The notes under the pieces were generated by a model. That model made no database searches, was not told the DNA's origin, and was given only the letters and a program-made list of their open reading frames with translations. The position numbers and the translations under genes were made by a program. A stretch of 64,000 nt of DNA from Felis catus (lineage: Eukaryota), in the NCBI RefSeq assembly GCF_018350175.1, contig NC_058368.1, positions 69,690,001 to 69,754,000 of the forward strand, given 5' to 3'. The number at the start of each line of letters is the position of its first letter. Positions within the stretch are counted from its first letter, which is position 1. Of the stretch, positions 13,416 to 23,700 are shown one piece after another.

Positions 13416-13491
13416 GAAACATAGCAAGATCCAGTCCATCAGAAGCCTTGCTACACAGCCCACGGAACCGAATTCAGAAGTGCCAAAACAA
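13416..13491 (+). CDS. FARP1: FARP1 exon G (KHSKIQSIRSLATQPTEPNSEVPKQ)
   Basis: cccag acceptor, CAA|gtcagt donor, 76 bp, phase 2 in and phase 0 out. Confidence 0.92.
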
Positions 13492-14499
13492 GTCAGTAAT
13501 GCTGATCAACTATTATAACTGTGTTTTTGTTTTGTTTTGTTTTGTTTTACCAAACTTTCTCTGCTAAGTCCTGTGTTTCATAGTATGCTTCTGAGTTATT
13601 TGCCCCTCACCTTTGGGGCTTCTTTTAGTAGAGGAGAGTATAGTTGTATGCCCTGGCTTTGAGCAAACACAGGCTGTGCTCTGTGCACCCCAGGCTGGGC
13701 TCCGCAGGCCCTAGACTGGGTCCTCTTTCAGCTGAGTTCCTGTCCTCCATCCCATGCCTTTGCCCAGAGAAGTTTGCTCTGTTGGCCCTATCTCAGCTTA
13801 GGAGTGGAACCATCCATGGGAGTCTACAGAGAGGAGCTCACCTGCCAGCAAAATGCGTGTGGAGAGATTGGGACCTCCCTAGCACCTGATGGGTGTCGCT
13901 CCCATTTTCAGGGCCAACCTCAGATCTCTTTATTGGCACAAGACTGGGTGGTGAGTTCCCAGGGCTTCTGTTATGGGGCAGTGACCACAGTCGGCAACAA
14001 GAGACATTATCACTCTTGCCCTGAGGGTGGTGAGAGCTCATTTTCTCTCGAATTGGCCTGTGCTTGTGCTTTCAGGGTTTTCTCTACAAGAGAATAAGAA
14101 CTTTGTTGGGGAAGAACATGAAGATTTCCTTTGTGCACCTAAAAATAGAGTGCTTAACCTGCCTGTTCCTCCCTTGGAAGTATAAACAAAGACGTTTTTT
14201 GTCATTTGTCTGAAATCCATGTCAACTTGCCTTTCGGGGATCTGCGATGTGTTTTCTTCCTCACCCCGCCCAACCCTCCCTGTGGGTTGCTCCACGGAAA
14301 CTTTGGAAAGCCAGTATGAGCCCGTGGGTCCTAGAGAGCAGAGGCTGTGGCCCACTTGGCCTGCTGGGGACCGTGCATGGTCAGAGAACGGTCTGGATGC
14401 TGACCAAACACACTGGGGAGCTCCTGCTCATTGGCGGTGTTCTGTTCGAGCCCTGTGGAGGGCAGCCTCTCGGCCCGCTTGTTGCTAAATTGGGCTCTG

Positions 14500-14800
14500 G
14501 CAGCCCCGCCCCTCCACCACCGTGTAACCTTCCCCCTTTCTCGCCCCGCCCCGCGCAGGCGCAGCAGAGTGCCAGCCTTCCGCCCGGAGAAGGTGCGGAG
14601 CCCGCAGGTGGCGCGGGCGGTCAGCAGGCAGCGGAGCCGAGCGCTGCGGCCGAAGAGCGCCAGAGCCCCGCGCCGCCCAGGAGCCCCGCGGGCGGCGGGA
14701 AGGCGGACGGAGCCCCGCGGGCGCCGGCCGACGAAGAGGAGGAGGTCGTTAAGGATAGGACCCAGCAGAGTAAAGCTCAGCCCCCGCAGCCGAGCACAGG
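14500..14800. promoter_or_regulatory. Intragenic CpG-rich patch over exon H
   Basis: Very GC-rich with many CpGs, e.g. gagccccgcgggcggcggg. Confidence 0.55.
14559..14799 (+). CDS. FARP1: FARP1 exon H, canonical form (linker; AQQSASLPPGEGAE...EEEEVVKDRTQQSKAQPPQPST)
   Basis: cgcag acceptor after a pyrimidine tract; weak donor CAG|gtccag; 241 bp; phase 1 joins exon I to give STGSLTGSP as in FARP1. Confidence 0.9.
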
Positions 14801-15773
14801 TCCAGCATCCAGGGCTGCCAGAGGCAGCAGCTCTTCCATTCCTTTCATTGACTGCAGTGACGTAGATAGTGAATCCGACCTGCTCAGGGAGCAAGCGTCC
14901 CAGTCCCAAACAAATGACAATTATGAGGGTGATTTGACCAGTGGGGTGTATCTGCTCTCCGGGGATGAGAGGCGGACAGAGGCTAGGCGCAGGGCTTCCC
15001 CTCCCTCCGTGAAGTCCTCCCGGCCTCCTTCCAGAGAGTTCGTCGATGATGATTCAGCAGACCTAACCTTTGATATGAGTGGGAGCCCCAGACTCCCAAG
15101 ACATAGCTCCCTGATAGATGAGCTGTTCAGGAGCTCCGGCGGTCGCAGTCCCCCGGCCACCCCATTGTCTCCCAGTAGCAGACGGTCGAGTCCAAGTAGG
15201 AGTTGGGACAGGACTGGGTCTCAAGGCTATGTTTCTGAAAATGGGCATGACCCAAGAGAGGAGAGTACAGGAGAAGGTCCTCTCCCAAGCCAGGGTCCTC
15301 CTTACGAAAACTCTTCCCCCGTCCTGCAAAGGCCATACTTGGGGAATCTTCCCAGTCGCTACAATAAGTCAGAGACAGATCCCCTCATCCTTAGCCAGGT
15401 AGCATCAACCCCAGAGGCAATGGGTGGGCTTGATGGCCGTGAAAAGGGAGGACTGGCCAGCCTGGCTGCTTCAGAAGGTAGAATGCTGGCTAATGGTGCA
15501 CCTCAGGTGGGCCCCACCTCAAAGATCCCTGTCGTGCGGTCAGTGTGTGCCAGAGGCATGGCAGACCAGCGAGCGCCCCTGCAGGTGACTGAGGGCTCCA
15601 CCAGCAGCGGGACTGAATCCAGCGATTCAGACTCTGAAATGGTGGCCCATTTGAGCCAGCCACTCACATTTGGCAACCCAGCAGCAGTGCTGAGCTCCCC
15701 TTCCATGCTTAGAAGTAAGAAGCCCCTGGGTGGCCTACATGTGAGTGAGGAGGAAGAAGAGGAGGATGAGTAG
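14800..15773 (+). CDS. Putative in-frame extension of exon H (alternative terminal or giant exon; 323 extra residues ending VSEEEEEEDE*)
   Basis: Part of the 14247-15773 ORF, in frame with exon H, no stop until 15771; protein-like low-complexity composition; no recognisable repeats. Confidence 0.7.
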
Positions 15774-16844
15774 AGGGCCAGACTTCCAAGTGTTGGGAAC
15801 GTGGAATCTTGAGTCCAGGTTTCCAGTGGAGATTATCTGTTCTAGTGGCTCATTAATCTTTAATCAACATTTGTTAGAGGAGGTTTTGGACAGAAACCTT
15901 TGGATAGGGTATGCCCGACTCTCAAATCTTGAAGAAAAATGAAACTTCACACAGTGGCTTGCTCTCCAAAAAAGGTGGACAAGAGAAATAGTTAAGAAGG
16001 ACAGGTTACCAGGACCTTGTTTATCTTTCTGATTGAAGGCTAGGAAGAGATACTTGATTATGGATCTGATCATGTGTATAGTGTGTCGTTATTTATGTGG
16101 AAATTTTCTGTGTGTGTTGAGTTTGTTTGCAGATCATGCTGCTGTTGATTGAATGTTTGGACTGAGGTATTGAGATCCCAGGAAAGGTGTTGGTTTTACT
16201 TTGTTCCCCTTCTTTAAAAGGAGGTGCTGCTTTTCTGAGCCTTAGAAAATGAGGGATTGACAAAATTCAAGACCAAATGTAAGTTGATTGCTGGTTGAGA
16301 TTAAGTGTTGGTGAAATCTTAGTCAAGAATAATGGATATTTTAATAGGAAGAATTTGGAGTTATTTCTTCTTTCCAGATTTTATGTGAAACAATGTAAAA
16401 GATGTCAATTATAGTGGAACTGTAATTTACAAGGGATTGCTGGTCTGGTTTGGGTTTGCATCCTGGGTCAAATCGTTAGCTGTGTTTTAAGAAGCTATAA
16501 CTCTGGCTGTCAGAACTTCTAATTGAAACACAGAAATGCTATTGAGTGGGGATTCGGGGCAAAGTAAGACCTCACAAAAGGCACTGTTGTCACCAGGCTG
16601 GCAAACTAAAGGCCCTCTTTTGAATCATGAGCAGCATAGAGAAGAACCATTTTCCAGAATTGCTGCCCCTTGGTTATTGTGTACATTCTTAACGTTCACA
16701 CTTGTGTGAACAGGGTCTTCTCTTGGAAGCAGTGACTTCTAGATGTTTCTGTGTGCAGGAAAAAAGTGTAAGGAGTGAGAGGTTTGATTTCTTTTTAAAT
16801 CTTGCCCACCTCTGCCCGTGCCTTTCACTCAGCACTCCTGCATT

Positions 16845-16995
16845 GTAGATCAAAGGGTCTCAGCTGCACATGGGAATCACCTGGGACATTTTAAAAATCA
16901 GTGATGCCTGGGCCCTGACCTTAGAAATTTTTTATCTCATTGGTCTGGGGTGCCACCTGGGGTCCCCAGATGGTTCTGCTGGACAGTCAGGGTCA
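16845..16995. mobile_element. MER5-like hAT DNA transposon fragment
   Basis: gaatcacctggga...ttaaaaat...gatgcctgggccc...ttggtctggggtg. Confidence 0.6.
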
Positions 16996-17574
16996 CCCCT
17001 CAGCCTGACACAGTTGCCTTCTAGAATCTAGTGGAATAAATTTCTGGCTGGCTTGCAGAGTAAGGAAAGCATCACACATGAAATACTTTGATTAATTAGT
17101 GCCTGTTCTTTGGTACTTTTCAGTCTTTGGTACTTTTTTTAAGAAGATGACTTGTAGAATCAAATTTTTAGATCCTAAGTAACTACCAAATTATTGGAAA
17201 GAGTTCTAACAATGACACATCCCTGGCGTGCCGCCATGCCTACGGCCTTACTAAGCTCATCGTGTGATGTTGTCACAAGGGAAGAGCTACTACGCATGCT
17301 TAGGAAGTGGGGTAGAATTTGGCAGCCATATGCAACAAATACAAGTATTGACTGACCTTGTGGCTCACAAATGATTATCGGTCCACAGGAATGTCGACAA
17401 ATTGAATTTTAAAGACTGAAAACTTAATCCTTTCTAGACAAACTTTTTTTTTTTTTTGGTGTTCTTTTCCTGATCGTTTGATTCAGTGCATGATTGATGA
17501 ATCAAACTGAGTACTGGATAGTTTGAAAGATGTTCATTGAAGTAGTCTATTGATGTCTTACCTTAGATATACAT

Positions 17575-17740
17575 TTAACAGAGTCACAGAATTTTAAAAC
17601 TAGAAGGGACCTTTGAGATCATTTAGGGTGAACCTTCATTTTTATGGATGACAAACCTTGTTCTGTTGAAATCAGAGACTTCACTTACTCCTACAGCTGC
17701 TGCCTGACAAAGCTAAAACTAGAACTTTGACCTCTAGTCT
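17575..17740. mobile_element. MIR-like fragment
   Basis: ctagaagggacctttgagatcat...ttcatttttatggatgacaaac. Confidence 0.55.
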
Positions 17741-20700
17741 TCAGCTTTAGTCTATGTGACATCTTGGTGCAGTAGGACCCTTTTGATTCAGTACTTTAAT
17801 TTTGGAGAATCTTGTACAGATTAATAATTAAAATCGGATGTAGAGACCAGGGATCATGTAGACTTAGACACTTACAGTCCATACATAAAACGTAGGAAGA
17901 ATCGCTTTTTCTATTGTGGGGTTTTTGCACTTAGGACATGTTTTTGCGTATTCTGTTTTGGACTTAGGAAAAGATGTTGATTTGCTATATAAATATTTAG
18001 TCAAGTGTGAGTTCAGCAGAGTCACATTTGGAATCCTGTGGTTTATTTGTGAAGGTGATTTGTTCAAATGAGTTTTCTTTTTACCTCTAACTGCACAGCA
18101 GTCTGATGATGAAGTATGAATGAGCAATGGGGTGTTAACTTACCCAGCATATAATGTGAATCATCAAAACACAAACCTCTAGAGCAAAACATGCTCCAGG
18201 AATTACTTTGTTTTGCTTTTTGCTAAAGGAGTGGTGATTTTTTTTTTTTTAATCTGAAGTGTTTTAAAAACAGCTGATCAATGATAGTGTACTCAGTTCT
18301 GTATTGATAAACTTTCCCCTTTTAGGGTTGCTCATAAAGTTTTTCTCTGGTTGGTTTTGTGCCAGCCAAGCAACTCCATTTCTGCTGGTTGGCCACTATT
18401 TATGAAAGCAGCAATCCTGATGTGATTAATGGTGCTTAAAAGGGAAGGGGTGTGATTTGTTCAAAGGCCACGGTAGCCTAAAGTGCTGAGAATATTCACC
18501 AGTTGCCTCTGGGGGAGTTTGCCCTGCCCTATTAAAGATTCTCTAAGTATCGGTGAGGGAGTAAATATTTAAGCATTCTTTGAGCCTGGTGGAGTCAGTT
18601 CCGCAGAGGTGATGTGGTCTCTCACTGCGCAGAGGTCAGGGAAAGCCCGCAGCCTCCCACCTTCCGTGCCCTCTGCCTGTTGTCAGACTCTAGTTCGCTG
18701 TGTCTTTACCTGGCGTCCGGAGTCTCCCTCTGTGGCAGAGAAGGACACGCACGTGCACAAAGTTGAACTGAGAGTGGAGCAAAACCAGCAGTGGAGTTGG
18801 GTGTAAAGAATAGGTGACCTGTGAATTCATTGCGGGTTCCAAAGGGTTTCCCAAGACCTGTCCGCCTGTTTCTCTAAGGTAGTGTAGAGGTCTCCTGAAT
18901 CACTAAGGAGGGCCAGGTCTTTAGGCAGGCGATAGCTGCTCCATGAAATGATACCGGAAGGCCTGGGAGAGAAGACCAACCATCTATTGAAACAAATCTC
19001 CAAGCCACCAGGCCTGCCCAGGGCCTCCGCGCATTAATATCTTTCCTTAGATGGTATTTCAAAGTATGTAAAGTGTAGCCCCTTTTGTGGTTGATTTTTG
19101 TTGCTGCTGGTTCAGGGCAAAATAAAATGCAAGAAATTCTTTTAGCATGAAGAAATACATTTAATGAGTTCCGGAACTTAAAGTGAACTGCGCCAGCTCC
19201 TTTGACAGGCATCTGTATGCTATTGACGATATTTTATTAGGCATTTAATTAAAGGAAGTCTGTGGGCCAGATTCTTCCCCACATATGTGACTCATATTTG
19301 GGAATTTCTCACAGATTTATCTCCAGTGTGCCACGTGGCCTGCACTTACAATGTGAATAATTCTGATTTTAATCTCAAGAGCTTCTTTGAAGATTCAAAC
19401 CAAGCAATGCTAAAAAAAAAGCCAGGCCACAAAACTAAAATACAGCCTGAGCCTCTTGAAATTTGCACTAAGTGTACAAAATCTGTTCTGTCCTCAGTTG
19501 AATCAGAAACTCAACTTGCACATTAACCTTGGAATCTTTTTGATTGTATTGTGAAGCAGTGTCCAAAAGAAGGAAAAATTAGTAAGATTAAATTCCTTTC
19601 AAATGTTGTTAAAACTTGTGGATGTGCATACAGCTTCCTTTTTGTGTCTATAATCAGTGTTCACATGCTTTCAGTCCACTTTCTCTGCTTAAAATGTTAT
19701 CCCATATTCGGCACAGAATGGGTTTGGTACAGTTGTCATTAGTCAATAATTGACCCAGCCTTAAACTAAGAAATTTGGGGGCTCCCTACATCATTGGGTT
19801 TATTTTGAGTTTATTCTATTTTAATTACTCTTTTTTTTAGGCCCTTATTCTTATTAGCAAGAATTTAGAGATCTCAGAGTTGCATTCCCAAGAAAGACTC
19901 TCTTTTCTGGATCTTCCCTCTTGTAGCCTGGAAACCTTCCTTCTCTGATAGTTAGGAGCTTAATTACCCCAAGACTGGCTGGCCTTCCTCTGGTTTCATG
20001 GGATGAGTCCACTTCATTGCTGCAAATTTTACAAATCAAACTGCAAAAGAATCTTTCTCTGCAATCCCTGGAATGTAGAGTAAGTTTCTTTTGAACCCGA
20101 AAGACGTGATCGTTTCAAAATAATCCACTGCCGGTAGCCCTCTGATGAGTTTTACGTTCAGCCATGTTAGCCAAAACCATAAGCGCATATGGAAGTTCTG
20201 GTCATAAACCTCTGGAGCAGAAAGTGATTAACAAACTTGACTGTGGCGACATTAGGGAATTTACTGGCGCTCCTTTTTCCTTGTTAGTTTAATTCTGTTT
20301 CTGTTGAGCTAAGCGAAATTCAATACAGGGAAACGGGGTCTGTCGTGCAGACTTGTGCATACCTTGAAAGACACCAGTTGCTGGTTTTTAAAATGAAGCC
20401 AAGACTTTTAGATCGAAACAAGCATGCCACTTAATGTTGCAGTTCTGTTTTTATTAATAATAATAATGAAAAGCAAAAAAGAAATGGCACTTTGATTTGG
20501 CCTTGTGTTGTAGGTATCCAAGATTAAAAGTGGTCTGTTTGCCATTTGTTTAGAGCCATCCTTGAAGAGGGCTACTTGTTGATTCCCTTGAATCACCTAG
20601 AGATTTCCAAGTAATTCCCTTTTGAACAAAAGTCACAAATGCTGATTTGTATGTCATGCATATGTTTGGGAGCTGGTGGGTGGAGTCTTGTTTTCACCAA

Positions 20701-23700
20701 AAAAAAAAAAAAAAAAAAAGTACACCATCCCAAAAAACATAATTGACACTTCTAGCACAAGGAATTTTTTCTTCTTTTCCAGTGAAAGCAATTAAATATA
20801 CCCCAGTGGAAGCTGGGAAAGAAGTAGGAAATCATTTCCTGAAAGCTTTCAAAATGGAACAGACTGATTTGTTCAGGGTCATTTTCAGTGTGGATTACAG
20901 ACACCGCAGCTGAGCCTGGAAACAGCCTTGGGCATCTCATTGGCCTCTGGTGTCTGATTGTAGCTTCCCGGGGAAGGCAGCTCGTTTGTGTCTGTATACA
21001 GGCTCTAGATCAGGTTACTCTGGAATGTCTTGGGTGGCTTTATCTTTGCAAGTAGGGAAGGATTAAAAATCAGCTGTTGACATGAGACATCGGATCTATA
21101 TGTGGAGCGGAGAGCCGGTGGGAAAGGTTAACTGCCAGGCTGGTGCCGTTAATGCCATTGTGGAAATGGCGCTGAAAGATCCTTGTGCTTGCTGCTGCTG
21201 GGCCAGGCACGACGGTCTCAGAATATTGAAGAGTAATCACAAATCGCTGCAACGTGCAACACAAACCAGGGGCACTGAGGACGGAGTGAGGACTGTGTGT
21301 GTGTTCGTGCACATGTGTACGTGTTTAGTAAAAAGCATCAAAGAGGGATTCGTTCTACTTTTGAGAGTTGGAGGTAGTAAGTGGTATGCGGAGTCTGCAG
21401 GCAGAGTTCCGCTTTATTATGAATTTGGGTTGTTAACTGGCTCTCAAATAGGAAACAGGAGGAGGTCCGTTTTGGAACCTGCAGTGGTGTGCCTCGTGTG
21501 TCATTAACCACAAGGACAAGCTTTTTGGCTCACGAAACTAGGCTAACAACTCCTTTTTCCCCGGGCCTCAGATTCCCTTTGTAAAGAAAGCAAGCATTTG
21601 CCACTCAGCCTGCACTGATGTGTAGACAGCCCGAAGACAGGCCTTCCTCGGTGAAGACCACACACCTGCTGCTCTCCCCATGTCCGCACCCAGACCCAGT
21701 CCCTCACGCTTACCCCCTTTCTGCCTGGAAAGTTGCCGTGAAAACCTAACTAACCAGATTTCACAAGCTTGGCCTATATTATTAATCCAGTTCCCTTCTG
21801 TTCTTTCTGTGTGTATATTTAATCCTATAGACAAAATACTTCATTAAAAATTTCTAATACACCAAATTTTAAAACAGAAAAGGCTGGGGATTTCATTCTC
21901 ATTTTTGTCATTTGTTTAATAAATCTGAGAAAACATTTTTCTGTTGTTCCATTGTATGCACTGTTTTGTCAGCATGTACCTATCTAGGAGAGAGCTTCCC
22001 CCCACCCCCCCCCCCCCAATGTTCTGTCTTTATCCTCAGAGCATGGTGCATTCTGTTCCCTGCATTGTTGGAGCGCTGTCTGATGTCTTTTTTTTTTTTT
22101 TTTTTTTTTTTTACACTGCTGAATACCAGTTTGTACCTGAAATCCTGGTCTCCTCTAGAACACAGTGATCCTGTTCACTCAACAGCAGGCTTTAACACGG
22201 AGGCATGTGGGGTGCTACCCTAGTTCACTGAGGGTGGGGAATAGAAGGTGAAGGGAAGACTTGACCTCTCTCATTTCACCTGCTAACCAGCCTGTACTTT
22301 GCACCATGGGTGCCTGGGGGTAGGGAGGTTTTTGGAAGCCAGCAGGATCACTGTCGTTGGGGGAGAGGTCTCATGGAAACAGAGAGCATCTGTGGTGGAG
22401 CTTACATAGGGGAGCTCAGACACCTAACCACGGGATTGGCTTCATGTTTTGATTGGAAACATCAACTGACACGGGAATAGAACACCTTCCATAGTTGGCA
22501 TCTGTAAGAGAATTTAGATGTGCACTTGTTTTGGCGGGTGTGGGGGTCAGTGGGCATGTGGAGAAAACCCCATCCCGCTCAGCCCCAGTTGGCTGGTCGT
22601 TGCCAGGAAGCTGTTTTTAGTTTTGACGTGTCCCCAAAACGTAAGCTCTCACAGATACTGTCTGGTTTCATCTTCTCTCCACGGCCTAAGAGCACAGCAT
22701 CTCAATAAAGCATGGATGTATACCCCAGGAAGGGTGCTGGCTTCTCCAATAACCATGAGCTTGGTGGGTCTTTCAGCACGGAAGGCCAGACTCCTGTAAC
22801 GATGTATGCACGATATTAATATCTCTTGTTAATCTAAACTGAAGAGGCTTTTACTTGTCCTAACAGGTATCTTGCTGTAAAAACTGTCAATTGTAACTGT
22901 TCTTTCCCACTGATGGCTGAAGCTTTGTCCTGAGTACAAGATGGTATTTTTCATTGGTATGAAGCACCATGTTCCCCAACCCAAACCCTGCCACCGCCAC
23001 CATGTTTGAACAAAGGGAAATTCTCCTTTTTCTTTTCCCCATAAGGAAGAGCACGCTAGAACATTCTCTTGTCATTCCTCCATTGGTAGCATTTCCATCT
23101 CTATTTGCACGTTGCATTTCTGTTGCTTTTCTGAGTTGCTGGATGATGAACGTTGAGGTTGGTGCTTAGCTGCTTGCAAAACTTTGTTTAAAGGACCTTG
23201 GTCTGAGAATAAGAAGCACATATACACATTGCCCTCAACACCCTCCGTGATCAAGAAAAGGACAGCACCGTTGTGGTTGGTAATCCTATAAACTAGCTTT
23301 TCCTGTGGAACCTTGTCATTTTAATAAAGCATCGTCAGCTGCTTTCACCTACTCCACTGGGGTGGGACCCAGCTGAATTATCATTGAGTGAATCCTGTCC
23401 ACGCAGGAGACGATCCATTGTCCAGCTGAGTACTGACCTTTTTTGATAACTGGCTTTCACATGCAGACAACCTCAAGAGAGAGTTCATTGTATTCTTTTT
23501 TAGAGGGAGATGATGGATTTAAAAAGAGCCTTTTTAAAGATCCATGAAAACCTACATCTATAATGTATTTTCTACGTGTGCCTTTGGAACATATTCTGGG
23601 TATGCAGAGATAAAATCTATATTTTAGAACCAAATACCAGCAGACAAATCATGATAGGTGAGTGACATATAGAAGCTCGCCAGGTAACTTTCTTTGGGGG

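Noticed and set aside
14247..14558. N-terminal 104 codons of the 508-aa ORF as a stand-alone single-exon gene
   Set aside because: FARP1 similarity begins exactly at the acceptor at 14559; the upstream part contains the pyrimidine tract and looks intronic. An internal start cannot be fully excluded.
14331..14909. 192-aa antisense ORF and a 144-aa alternative-frame ORF over exon H
   Set aside because: Shadow ORFs expected in very GC-rich coding sequence.
17107..17137. Short direct repeat tctttggtactttt x2
   Set aside because: Only two copies of a low-complexity unit; not an array.
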